Source: an uncultured Planctomycetota bacterium (GTDB lineage Bacteria; Planctomycetota; Planctomycetia; Isosphaerales; Isosphaeraceae). From it: 64,000 nucleotides of DNA. Below are positions 20,480 through 34,662 of the stretch, one piece after another (within the stretch, counting starts at the first letter, position 1; each line of letters starts with the position of its first letter). Below the pieces are notes generated by a model. It worked only from the letters and a program-made list of their open reading frames with translations, was not told the origin of the DNA and made no database searches. The stretch is taken from assembly GCA_963737655.1 (NCBI GenBank), contig CAVTTN010000002.1:3776001-3840000 (forward strand), in the 5' to 3' direction. The position numbers were made by a program, and so were the translations under genes.

Positions 20480-23400
20480 TCATCGGGCCTTGTGGTGCTT
20501 CACCTTCGACGGCTTGGGCTTCGAGCCGGCGTTGATGTGGATCGACTGCGGCGGGTTGGCCGTCGATCCGTTGGTGATAATCTGGGCGATATACGTGCTG
20601 TTGGCCTTGGAGCCGGTCGGGGCGGTCGGCGTGAAGAACTGTTCGTTCAGGACGTTGCCCGAGGCGTCGGTGATCTGGCTGCCGTTGACCGCGAGGACGT
20701 AGTGGCCGGCCTTCAGGACGCCCTTGGCATGCTTGGTGTTGTTCGAGGCGAAGTCGAGGGTCACGTACCGGGTGGCCGAGGGGCCGCCGCCCGAGACGGT
20801 GATTCCGGTGATCGCCACCGACTGCGAGCCCGATGATGTCGGCAGGGACAGCGAATAATTCGCCGCGTTGGCCAGGGCCGCGTCGAGAAGTCCGCTGCGG
20901 TCGTCCTGGATGGCGATCACGGCGGTCCCGGCCTTGGGATTGAGGGTCACGCCGGTGATCCGGGGGCTCACGGTGTCGATCACGATCGAGGGCAGCGTGG
21001 TGGCCGGGGCGCTGGTGAAGCCCGAGGCGTCCACCGACGACGCCACGATCGAATAGGTGCCGTCGAGCAGGGCCGGCGCGGTGACCTGCCACGCGCCGTT
21101 GGCGCCGATGGTGGTCTGGCCGATCACGACCGGGGCGGCCATGTCGGGCCTCTGGGCCGTGAGCGTCAGGCGATCGCCGGGGGCGCCCGTGCCGGAGAAG
21201 CTGGGGGAGCTGGTGTCGGCCTGACCGGCCGAACTCACCGACGAGGAGGCGAGTCCCCCGGTGATCGGGACGGTGCGGACCGCCACGTTCACGATCCCGG
21301 CGGCCGTGGAGGACGTCCCTGCCGCGTCCTTGATCGTCACGTTGATCGGGACGGCCCCCGAGGCGGCGAAGGTGTGGGTGCCGATCACCGAATACTGGTC
21401 CGGGGCGATCTCCGAGATGATCCCGGCGTTGATCGTGCCGTCTCCCCAGTTGACGATGGCCGCGAAGCTCCCGGCGTTGGCCAGGGGATTGGGGTCGGCG
21501 AAGCTCGCCACGTTGGTGGAGAAGGTCGTGCCGACGGTCGAGTCGAAGGGGAGGAAGACCGAGGTGATCGGCGGGTCGGCCACGGTCACGGGGATGCTGA
21601 CCGAGGCGCCCGCCCCGCCGATGTCCACGATCCCCACCGCGATGGTGAACGCGCCGGAGGCCTGGTACGCGTGGGGGGCGGAGACGAGGAAGCGGCCCTT
21701 GATGGTGGGGTCGGCCGTGATGGTGCCGATGGACTGGGCGCCGTCCCCCCAGTCGATGTGGGCGGAGTAGCTGGTGACCGGCTGGTTGGGATCGCCGTCG
21801 GTGAAGACGACGAGCGTCGGGTTGGCGGTCACGCCGATCTGGGGGGCATAGCCCAGGGTGGACTGGGCGTGGAGCGGGGCATCCTTGACGGTGGCCTGGT
21901 TCGTCACGACGGCGCTGGAGCCTCCGCCGGAGAGGATCGTGGCCACGATCGGGAAGGAGGCGACGGTCTCATAGGCGTGGGAGCCCGAAACGCTGAAGCC
22001 GCCGCCGACGGCCGCGGCCACGGTCCCGGCGGTCACCGTCCCGTCGCCCCAGTCGATCGAGGCGACGTAGTCGCCGGGCAGGGCCTGGGGGTTGCCGCTG
22101 GTGAAGAGGGCCACCGGCAGGGTCAGCGGGGTGCCTTCGGTCGGGGTCAGCGTCCCGGTCGGGACCGAGCCGGTCAGGGGGGCGTCGGGGACGCTCACGG
22201 AGCTGACGGCCAGGGCCCGGGACCCTCCGTCGTCCTGGACGCTCACCGAGATGTTGTAATCACCCTGCTTGTACAGGTGGCTGCCCCGGACGTCGAAATG
22301 GTTGCCGTCCTGGAGGACGATCCCGGCCGAGGAGGAGCCGTCGCCCCAGTCGATCGAGGCGGTGAACTCGCCCGGCTTGGGGTTGGGGTTGGCGTCGACG
22401 AAGGTGGCGACCAGGGCGTTGAACCGCACGCCGTCGGACGGGGCGGGGCTGATCGGCGTGGAGCTGGCCGTCAGCGGGGCATCGGGCACAAAGACGCTGC
22501 TGCTCACCGTTTGGGTCGATCCGCCGGAATCCTGGATCGCGACGGTGACCGTGTACGGGGTCGTCGATTCCTCGTAGATGTGGTTGCCCGTGATGCTGAA
22601 CGTGCCGTCCTTGTTCTGGGCGATCAGGCCGGAGGAGCTGGTCGCGTCGCCCCAGTCGATGGTGGCGGTGAAGTCCCCGAGCCTGGGGTGGGGGTTGCCG
22701 TCGGTGAAGTTGGCGACGATCGCGGTGAAGGGGACGCCCTCCATCGCGGTGGATTGGCCGACCCCCGAGGCGATGAACGGGGCATCGGCCACGGTGATCG
22801 AGTTCGAGGTCGAGGCCGCGGCCCCGCCGTCGTCGGTGATCGAGACCTTGATGGGGTACGAGCCGTAGACGTCGTACTCGTGGGTCCCGCCGATCACGAA
22901 CGAGCCGGCCACGCCGCCGACCCGGGGGGTCACCGTGATCTTGCCGCTGGCGAGGTCCGAGGTCGTCCCGTCGCCCCAGTCGATCACCAACTTCGTGAAG
23001 TCGGCGGCGGTGGCCACGGGGTTGCCGTCGGACAGATAGGCGATCGTCCCGGTGAACGAGGTGCCCTCGACGGCCTTCAGGGCGGCGACGCCGGTCGTCG
23101 TGGCCGAGATCGGGGCGTCGGTCACGGTGGCGGTCGTCGTGGCCACGGTGGACTGGCCGCCCACGTCGTTCACCGTGATCGTGATCGTCCAGGGCTTGGC
23201 CCCGCTCTCGTCGAAGACGTGGGTCCCCTTCACCAGGAACCCGCCGGAACCTCCCGGGACGATCGAGCCGGTCGTCGGGGTGGTGCCGTCGCCCCAGTCG
23301 ACGGTGGCGGTGAAGTCGGTCAGGGGGGCGGAGGGGTTGCCGTCGATGAACGTGGCGACGGTCCCGCTGAAGGTCTGGCCCTCGACGAGTCCGAAGGAGG

Positions 23401-26254
23401 TCCCCTGGGAACTCAGCGGGGCGTCGGCGACCGTCACGGTCAACGGGATCGCCAGGGTCGATCCGCCCACGTCGTTCACGAAGATGGTGGCCTTGTACGT
23501 GCCGAATCGGGCGTACTTGTTCGATCCGGTGACCTGGAAGCCGCCGGTGACCGTCGAGTCTCGGCTGACCAAACCGGGGGTCACGTGGCCGTCGCCCCAG
23601 TCGATCGAGGCGGAGTAGTCCGAGAGCGGGGGGTTCGGGGCGCCGTCGGTGAACTTCAGGACCACCCCATTGAAGATCTTGCCCTCGACCGGGGAGATCG
23701 TGACCGGGGCGCCCTGGCTCAGGGGCGCGTCATTCACGGTCACGGTCCCCTGCTGGGTCGCCTTGGCCCCGCCGTCATCCACGATCGTGATCGTGTAGGT
23801 GAACGTGCCTTCCTCGGGGAAAGACTTGGTCGTGTTGATGGCGTAAGTGTTTGTCCCGATGGAGGTCAGGGTGAACGGGCTGGTCGTCCCGTCGCTCCAG
23901 AGGACCGTGATCGTGTAGTCCGAGGGGGAAGTCGCCCCCGGGTCCTCGTCGAGGAACGAGGCGATCCGTCCGTTGACCTTACCGCCTTCGACCAGGGTGA
24001 AGGACTGGGCGGTCAGGTCGATGGGGGCGTCCTGGACGATCACGGTGCCGGTGCCCGTCCGGGTGGAGAAGCCGGTGTGATCGATCGTGACGGTCAGGGG
24101 ATAGGTGCCGCCCTCGGTGTAGGTATTACTGGCGGTCACGGCGAAGAGGCCGGTGGCGATCTGGGTGATCGTCCCGGCCTCCACGTTGCCGTTGCCCCAA
24201 TCGACGGTGGCCGAGAAGGCCGAGGCGGAGCTAGCGTAGGCCGGATCGACGAAGGTGGCGACCTGGATCGTATCGAGGACATCCCCTTCGTTCACGCCGG
24301 TGGGCGGGGTGGCGGTCACCTTCAACTGGTCGCTGATCGACCGCAGGGCCGCCGGGGCCTGGACCAGTCCGAAGCCGCCCTGGGGGTCGAACTGGTTGGG
24401 GGCGGCCCCGTTCAGGGGGATGGCCGAGTGGATCAGGGCATCCTTGATGTCCGCCGGGGTCGCGCCGGCGCGAGCTGCTTCATCAGGGCCACGACCGCCG
24501 CCACGTTGGGGGCCGCGGAGGACGTCCCGAAGAAGTTCGGCAGGGCGTTGCCGTCGAGTTCCTTGGTCGTCGCCGGGTCGTTGAACGGCGGTGCGATGGT
24601 CGAGAGGTCGAAGCCCGGGATGAAGAACGAGGTATCGTTGCCGTCGGGCCCCGAGACGTCCGGCTTCTGGAGGATGGTCGGGGTGTGGCGCGTCCCGTCT
24701 CCGCTGAAGATGGAGAGGGTCGGCCCGAACGAGCTGAACGTCTCGCTGGGGATCGGGTTGAACTGGCTGGACCAGGGCGAGGCCACCCACCAGGGGACCG
24801 CGCCCACCCCGATCGCCCCGCTGGCCGTGGCGTGGCCGAACGTCGAGGGGTAGAACGTCGCGGACGCCGTATCGACGGTCTTGTCGAAGGTCACGTCGTT
24901 GTGGGTGACCGAGACGATCCCGATATAACCGGGGTCGGGGCCGGAGGCGACCTTCACCACCAGCTTCAGTTGGCCGGCCGGCACGTCCACCAGCTCGATC
25001 GGCGACTGGCTCGCGATGTTATTGCTGGTTCCCGAGGCGACGATGTTGTTGCCGGAGTCCAGGACGTAGAAATCCAGGTCGGTCGTCACGCCGGTGGAGG
25101 TGTAGAACGGGTTGTCCCACTGGAGGAACATGGTCCCCGGGGCCAAGACGTTCACCGGGAGGCCGGTGACGGCCGGGCCGGTCGCGCTGGAGCTGAAGTT
25201 GTGATACGTCCCGGCGCCGATGCCCGGGATGTTGGCCTGGACCGACCGGAATGCGGCGACGTAGCCGCGATCGGCCGCGTTGCCGGCCGAGGCTCAGATA
25301 GGTCACGCCAGAGGCCTCGACCGAGTTGACGGCCTGGGCGATGATCCCGTCCTGGAACAGGGGTTCATCATAATTATAGGCGTCATCGACGATGACCTGG
25401 CTGCCGGCGGTCGCGAGCTTCTGGATGTTGTTGGCGAAGCCGACCGCCCCGCTGGCGGCGAACGGGTCGAACGCGGTGGCGAAGGCCAGGGACGCCCCGG
25501 GGGCGATGTCGTGGATCTGCTCCAGCATCGCCCGGCCTTCGTCGGTCGAGCCGGGGGAGCCGTCCTCGATCACCTGGACGTTGTTCGGCAGGTCGCCCGA
25601 CTTGACCGAGGAGGCGAGCCCTCCCCCGTACTGACTGACGCTGTCCGACAGGACGCCCACCTTCACGCCCGCGCCGGTGACCCCGTAGGTCGCCGAGGCC
25701 ACGTCGGCGAACAACGTCTTTTCCGACTGGTTGGACGCCGAGCCGACCGAGTTGGTCCCGCCGACGTAAATCGGCTCCAGTCCGACCACTTGGGGCAGCC
25801 TGGCCAGGGTCGGCAGGTCGGAGATCGGCAGCCAGCCCTCGGCGATTTCCGGGCTCTGGCTGGTGGCGCCGACGTCCATCCCAGAGAGCTGAACCTGGTT
25901 GACGAACGAGGTGAAGTCGCCCCAGCCGTTCACGTCCACGCCGACCGTATCGCCCTGGATGCGGACGTCCGGCTCGGAGGGAGAGGTGAAGGTGGCGTCG
26001 GTCCCTTCGGAAACGTATTTCTGATAGTCGAGATACACGTTGATCAGGGCCTGGCCGGCGTTGGCCAGGGGGCCGCTCTTCACGTCGCTGAGGTCGCTGG
26101 ACGTGGGGGTCCAAACCGGGGGGACGTTGCTCAGGAGGGTGCGGACTTCCAGGGGGTCGAGGCGCGGGCGAATTCGTGAGGACCGACCAGCCCCGGCGGT
26201 CAGGCCCCTCGCCCTCCCGCCACGTCGCAGGATTTCGCTGAAGCGGAGACTCAT
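20480..26254 (-). CDS. Large secreted S8/S53-like serine peptidase with 10 'DWGDG' Ig-like repeats and a C-terminal module; frameshifts near 25292 and 24466
   Basis: Leader RPRLDPLEVRTLLS; GVKVGVLSDS, TDEGRAMLEQIHDIAPGA, (S)SAGN, KPDVSGPDG, FFGTSSAAPNVAAVVALM. Three ORF-track fragments join with single-base corrections. Confidence 0.85.
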
Positions 26255-26408
26255 GGAGAAAGCTCCCGAATTGGGATCGCCTGGGGTCAATCGGTCGAAG
26301 ATTGGGGGGTGGAGGGCGGTCTCGGGGCCGGCTTCGATCGCCGGGGATCGCGGACGAGGGCCGTCCGGCCGGCGGCGGCCGGACGGCTCCTCACCGGGCT
26401 AGTCAACC

Positions 26409-29400
26409 TCATTTGCGCTTGCGATGGAAGTGCTTGCGGACGAAGAGCCGATGGCCGGCGGCGGCCACGACCTCCGCGGGCGGCACATACTGCTGAGGGG
26501 TGGAGGCGCTGGTGCCCACGACGGTGAACGCCGCCACGAAGTTCTGTCCCGACTTGTTGTACAACCCGGGGAAGGCCACGAAGTAGCGTTCGTCCAGCGG
26601 GTTTCCGGCCGCGTCGGTCACGCCGGAGGCGTTGATCGTGAAGACGTACTTGCCCTTGGTCAGGCCCTTCGCCCCGGCGCCGAAGCTCAGCGTGAGGGTC
26701 TGCTGGGTCGTCGGGCTCACGGGAGAGACGGTCAGGCCGGCGACCGGGAACGTCTGGCCGGCGGTCGTCGCCAGCGAGAAGTTGGCGGAGTTCAGCAGCC
26801 CGGACGCCAGCAGGCCCGAGAGGCCGTCGGAGAGGACCAGGGTGATCGTCGCGTGCTTCGCGTCGAGCTGGGCCGAGACGACCTTCGGCCCCTGGGTGTC
26901 CACGGTCAGCGGGCCGCGTTCGGCCGTCGGGTACAGGACGGTCAAGCCGCTGCTGGGCCGACCGGTGGGATCGGTGGCCGAGCCGTAGACCGTGTACTGG
27001 CCGTCGCCCAGGGTCGAGCTCGTCACGGTGTACACGCCCGAGGCGTTGGCCTGGCCCGTCCCCACGGCCACGGGGGTCGCGCCGCCCGCCGCCTGGGCGT
27101 AGATCGTGACCATCGACCCGGGCTCGGCCGTCCCGGTGAAGACCGGGTTGCTGGAGGCGGTCAGGCCGGTCGGGGAGATCGTGCCCGAGGCCCCGGAGCC
27201 GCTCAGCGGGAAGATCTTGTTGTCGATCACCGCCGAGCTCGCCACCGTGCTCGTGGCCGAGCCGTTCACCACCGTCACGCCGATGGGATAGGTCCCCCCC
27301 TCGGAGTAGTAGTGGCTCCCGGTCACGTCGAACCCGCCGTCGGGATCGACGGCGATCGTCCCGGCCGACGAGGTGTTGTCCCCCCACGTGATCGTGGACG
27401 AGTAGGCCGAGGCCAGCGCCCCGGGGTTGGTCGTCGTGAACCGGGCGACGACCAGTCCGGTCAACTGGGTCTTCGACATGCCCGAGACCGCCACCGGGAC
27501 GACCGTGATCGGAGCCGGGTTGACCGTGATCGTCCCGGAGGCCTGGACCTGCGATCCCCCGCTGCTGGTGATCACCACGTTGACCGGGTACTGGCCCTGC
27601 TTCAGGTAGGTGTTGGACGCCAGGACCTGGAACTGCCCGGCGGTCCCCGTCGAGATGATCTGCCCGGCCGTCTGGTTGCCGTCGCCGAAGCTCACCAGGG
27701 CCTTGTAGTCGGTCGCCTGGGAGAGCGAGTCGGGCGTGGAGAACGACGCGATGACGCCTCCGTAGGGCGTGCCCTCGGGCGGCGAGAAGCCCGAGTTGAG
27801 CGTCAGGCTGATCGGCGAATCGGGGACGCTGGCCGTCCCGGTGGCGATCGTCGAGGCCCCTCCGCTGCTGATGATCGTGGTCTTGATCGCGTAGCTGCCG
27901 ACCCGGTAGGCGTGGGTCCCCTTGACCAGGTAGCCGCCGTCCTCGTTCACCACGACCGAGCCGACGGAGACGGTGCCGTCTCCCCAGTCGATCGAGGCGG
28001 TGAAGTCGGTGGTGGGCAGGGCCCGGGGGTCGGCGTCGGAGAAGCTGGCGACGATCCCGGTGAACGGCACTCCGGCCGTCGGGTGGAAATCGTAGCCCTG
28101 GCTGGTCAACGGCGCCGGGGAGACGTCGGCCGAGGAGAGGGCCACCGTCGTGTTGCCGCCGGAGTGGTTGCCGATGGTCACCGTGATGGCGTACGAGCCG
28201 ACGTCATACGGGTGGGACCCGCTGACGATGAATCCGGGCCCGAAGCTGTTCGCGCCGATGGTCCCGCTGGTGACCGTGCCGTCGCCCCAGTCGATGGTGG
28301 CGAAGTAATTGGTGATCGGTGGCAGCCTGGGGTCGGCGTCGGTGAAGGTGGCCAGGGCCCCAGTGAACGGGACGCCCTCGACGGGCGTGACGGCCAGGCC
28401 CGTCGAGCTCAGCGGCGAATCCGCGACGACGGCCGTGGTCACGGCCGTGGCCACGTAGCCGGGCTTGATGATCGTGACGGTGACCGGATACGTGCCGCCC
28501 CCGTAGATGTGGCCCGAGCCGTCGGTCACGAAGAACCCGCCGGCCGGGTTGGGCGTGATCGTCCCCACCCCGTTGGTCCCGTCGCTGAAGTTGATCGAGG
28601 CGGAGTAGAACGAGGCGGGATGGGGGACCGGCGAGGTGTCCGTGAACTTGGCGAGATAGTAGGTGCTCGGGTTCCCGGCGTAGCTGTCCCCTTCCTTCAG
28701 GACGATCGTCGTCCCGCTCGCCGTGATCGGCAGGCCGGCGACGGTGGCCGTCGTCGTCCCGCTGGCGACCGAGCCGCCGAGCTGCGTGACCGTGACGACG
28801 ACGGGATACGTCCCGCCGATCGGATAGGTATGCTGCCCCGAGACCGTGTAGACCCCGGACGTCAGCGCAGACCACGCCGGGGGTGACGATGCCGTCCCCC
28901 CAGTTGATCGTGGCGGTGAACGACGAGGCGGGGGTTCCGGTGGTCCCCGGCTTGAACGTGGCGACCACGCCGTTGAACGGCGTCTGCTCGGTCGCGGTGA
29001 TCGCCTGGGGCTGGACCGAGAGGGTCTGGATCGTGATCTCGGCCGTGGCCACGTCCAGGTTCGGGCGGTCGGGGTTGCCGCCGAGCGTGGTGCTGTTGTC
29101 GATCCAGACCGGGTACATCACGTTCTTGGCGAAGGTCAGGCCCGAGTAGTCGCCGTACTCGTTGCCCGAGTTGGCGTCGCCGCCGGCGATCGTGGCGTTG
29201 GACGGGCCGCTGGCGACCTGGACGTTGGGCAGCCAGGTCTTGCCGCCATCGACGGAGACCGAGGCGAAGTCCTCGGAGTCGTCGCCGGGCTTGCCGTCGA
29301 GGTCGCCGGGGCCGCTGCCCGAGTCGTTCCGGGTGTCGTACCACGCCGCGCCCACGTTGCCCGAATATTCGTCGACGGCGATCCTCGGGAAGAACTTGCT

Positions 29401-30444
29401 GCGGAGGGTCGAGTCGTCGGTGATCCGGATGTCGGCCGTCCAGGTCTTGCCGTCGTCGTCGGAGTAGCGCTCGAAGATGTCGGTCTGCGGGCTGTTGACG
29501 GCCGGGGAATTGGTGTAGATCGCGTAGAGGCGGCCGTTGTGCGGCCCCCCCGAATAGTCGTAGGCCAGGCCGATCTCGGAATCGACGGTCCGGTTGGGCT
29601 GCGGGGGGATCGGCGCGAAGCCGCCGACGTTGGTGTCGGCGAACTTGACCGGGGCGTTGAAGCCGTTGGGGCCGAGGCCGTCGGGGTCCAGCGCGGTGTA
29701 GAGGACGGCCGGCCCGGCGCCCCCCGAGGGGACCTCATACGAGAACATGACCTGGCCGCTGGGGCCGATGGCCGGCTTGCCGAAGTTGCCGCCCCCCGAG
29801 CCGGCGACCAGCTCCGGGGTGCTCGCGGCGCCGACCTGGCCGAGGCCGGTGACCGCGGCGCCCACGGCGCCGATCAGCCCGCCCTTGTCCAGGTACTCGA
29901 TCCAGAGGCTGCCGGCACCGGCCGTCCCGCCGGGGCCGACGACCAGCTTGGGCTGGTCGGCCACGTTGGGGACGGTGAACAGCGGCTTGAGCGTCTTGCC
30001 GCCGTCGGTGCTGATGACGACCGGGGCCGTGGTGATCCCCGAGTCGAGGTAGGTCAAGAACATGTTGCCGAACTGGTCGAAGGCGGCGCTGACGTCGCAG
30101 CACGCCTTGGTCAGCCCGTCGGAGCCCGTGGCCACGAACTGGTGGGTGAAGGTCTTGCCGCCGTCGAACGAGACGCCGTAGAAGACGTCGGTGAGGCTGC
30201 CGTTGTCGTTGGAGAAGACGACGATGTTCTGCGGGTTGGTCGGGTTGACGGCGATGGTCGGCTCGGACTGGTTGCCCGGCTCCTGGCTGACGTTGACCGG
30301 GGCGCCGACGATCAGGCCGTTGGCCATCAGCTGGCGGCCCTCCAGCGACTCGACGGCGGCCTTCATCCGGGCCCGGCGGCCCTTCTCCACGACGGCCTTC
30401 ACCCTCCCGCCCCGACGCAGGAGACGACTCTCACGGAAGATCAT
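26409..30444 (-). CDS. Large secreted Asp-box (BNR/sialidase-like) beta-propeller protein with 6 Ig-like repeats and a C-terminal module; frameshift near 28869
   Basis: Leader KAAVESLEGRQLMA; QSEPTIAVNPTNP; Asp-boxes SFDGGKTF, STDGGKTL, SDDDGKTW, SVDGGKTW; YGDYSGL; then ATIDWGDG-type repeats. Confidence 0.85.
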
Positions 30445-31281
30445 GGAAGGACTCCCTCGTGGGATCTCGTTCTAGGAGTGCGATCGTCGGTGATAACGAC
30501 AGACCGGGGGATCGGAAGGTATGGAGAGGGCGGCCGCGATGAGGCACGCCCGGGACTCGCGATCGGACCGGGTCGGCCGCTCCCGGCCGGGCCCCGTGCC
30601 CTCGTGTCCTCTGCCCGACCGTCCTTGGCCCTCTGACCGTCGCCGAGATGCCCGGGCCGGGACGTCGCCGTCCCCCCGGGCCTTCGCCATGATGCCGCAC
30701 GACGATCAGCCCGGACCCCCCAACGGGTCGGGCCGCCTCGCGCCTCCGTCTCTCTGATTCCAACGGCTCCGGAGCGGTCCGGAACGCTCGTAGTCTTCCC
30801 GCGATGCGGACTCGTCGAGGAGGGCCGGGGCGGGCGTCGGGCCGGGGAAGGATTTCCAGGTTCGAATCATGGTAACGACTCCAACGATCCCGTCAATCCG
30901 CCTATGCCGGAATCTCATCAAAAAAATCGCAATCCAGTTCGTCTCCATGACACAACTCCGTGGCAATTGCGTGCATGCACGCAAAAAGAGTGGGTCCGGA
31001 AAATTTCAAGGAACCGGAGGCGACGCCGGCCCGGGACACGCGGGGATGTGGATTCGGGGGATGCGAGCGCGAGGGGTGGCCGAGCAGGTATTCGTTCCAT
31101 CTTACCACACGAATATTCAAGTTGCGTCGATCCCATCCCCCGAGCCGGCCGCCTCGGCTGCCGAATTGGCAGGCGGAGGGCCAGGATGTCCGGGGATGTC
31201 AGGGATCGGGGGCGGTTCGGTCGACGAATCTTGTTCTCTAAGTCGTGGAATTGCATGGACTTGCATGTACAAAATCGCTAA

Positions 31282-31298
31282 AGGCACGCAAATTGCAT
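31282..31298 (+). promoter_or_regulatory. Sigma54 (-24/-12) promoter upstream of groES
   Basis: AGGCACGCAAATTGCAT: GG-N10-GC, close to the TGGCACG-N4-TTGCW consensus, about 125 nt before the groES ATG. Confidence 0.7.
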
Positions 31299-31421
31299 AT
31301 CGCTGGGATTCGACGTCCTCGGAGACCGGCCGAGACGAGGCCGACGGGGGCGATTGTCTCTCAATGCCGTTGCGGGGCCGGCCGACCGGCCCGGCCGAGC
31401 CGCCACAGGAGCCGTGGAGCG

Positions 31422-33414
<1,993 letters not shown>

Positions 33415-33432
33415 GATTCGATCCGAGACGAT

Positions 33433-33475
33433 CGAAGCGGAGCGGGGGCCGGGATTCCGGCCCCCGTTTCGTTTC
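33433..33475 (+). terminator. Intrinsic terminator between groEL and the convergent gene, possibly bidirectional
   Basis: CGGGGGCCGG-GATT-CCGGCCCCCG (33443-33466) followed by TTTCGTTTC. Confidence 0.75.
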
Positions 33476-33484
33476 CGTCCCTCC

Positions 33485-34534
33485 TCACGGCGGCGAGAGG
33501 CCCGCGAGGACCCTCGGCGAGAAGGCCACGGCCTTCGCCCTCCTGGCCGAGAACACGAGCGTGACCGTCGCCGTCTGACCGGCCCCGAGCGCGCCCGAGC
33601 CGTCCAGGGGGAGCGTCACGAAGGGACTCCCGGCCGGCGGGCTCGTGCTGGTGGTGCCCGACGGATTCTTGAGGCGGGTTCGGGCCGGGAGCGAGTCCAG
33701 GACGAGCTCGATCGGCCCGGCAATTCCGGCATCGGAGACGTTCTTCACGGAGACCGTCTCGACGAACGCCCGGCCTTTCCGGCGAAGCTTCCCGTGGGCG
33801 ACCGAGACGAGGGTTCCGACGTTCGCGTCGATCGTCTGGGCCAGGCCCGCCGTCGTCGTGCTGGCGAGCGACCGGGGATCTCCGCTGAAGCCGGCGGCCA
33901 GGACGTGGGAACCCGGCGAGAACGTGTGAGACAGGCTCGCGTGGCCCGTCGCATCGACCGGGACGGTCCCGAGGAGCGTCTGGCCGTCGAGGAACGAGAC
34001 GCTCCCGGTCGGCGTCGGCGCCCCGGGGACGGTCGGGGCCACGACGGCGGTGATCGTGACCGGCCTGCCCACGAGTCCGGGGTTCGCCGAGGAGCTCAGC
34101 GTCACGGTCGTCTCGGAGGTCGTCAGGGCCCGCGTGGCGGTTCTCAAGTCCTCGCCGGTGGCGGAGTTGTGGACCGTGATGGTCACGAGATAGCCGTCGG
34201 CGGGCGAGTTGTCGCGATAGGAGTGCGTCCCCTCCAGCGAGAAGTTGAGGAAGTTGCTGTCCGAGATGGAGTGCGGCGGCGTGATGACCGTCCCCTCGGT
34301 CGGCGAGCTGCCGTCGCCCCAGTCGATCGTGGCCGAGAGAGGAGCAGCCGTCTCGTCGAACCCGTGGGTAATCCCGGCGAGATCGACGGTCTGCTCCTGC
34401 CCGACCGGGAGGGAAAGCGGGACCGCGAAGACGCCATAGGTCAGCAATTCGCGGGCCTCGAGCCGCTCCACGCCGGAGCGGACGATTCGGGGGCGGCGGA
34501 GGACCGATCGGGAAGGCCAGCGTACCAGGCGCAT
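33485..34534 (-). CDS. Secreted Ig-like domain protein with planctomycete leader
   Basis: Leader RSGVERLEARELLT; ATIDWGDG domain; TLSSSANP..PTGSVSFLDG Ig domain; C-terminal domain shared with 34663-36819. Confidence 0.85.
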   Translation of the reverse strand: MRLVRWPSRSVLRRPRIVRSGVERLEARELLTYGVFAVPLSLPVGQEQTVDLAGITHGFDETAAPLSATIDWGDGSSPTEGTVITPPHSISDSNFLNFSLEGTHSYRDNSPADGYLVTITVHNSATGEDLRTATRALTTSETTVTLSSSANPGLVGRPVTITAVVAPTVPGAPTPTGSVSFLDGQTLLGTVPVDATGHASLSHTFSPGSHVLAAGFSGDPRSLASTTTAGLAQTIDANVGTLVSVAHGKLRRKGRAFVETVSVKNVSDAGIAGPIELVLDSLPARTRLKNPSGTTSTSPPAGSPFVTLPLDGSGALGAGQTATVTLVFSARRAKAVAFSPRVLAGLSPP

Positions 34535-34662
34535 CGGAGGGTCTCCCTGCGGGAGGACGAGCCGGACCCGTCCCGTGGGGTCGAGTCCGGCCTGGGGGGG
34601 GAATGGACCGGAGACGGCGGAGGCGGGCCCGGGCCCGGCCTGGAGCTTCGAGGGGTCGCGGA

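Noticed and set aside
30472..31281. Short ORFs between the propeller gene and groES
   Set aside because: Overlapping on both strands, atypical composition and no motifs; treated as regulatory DNA.
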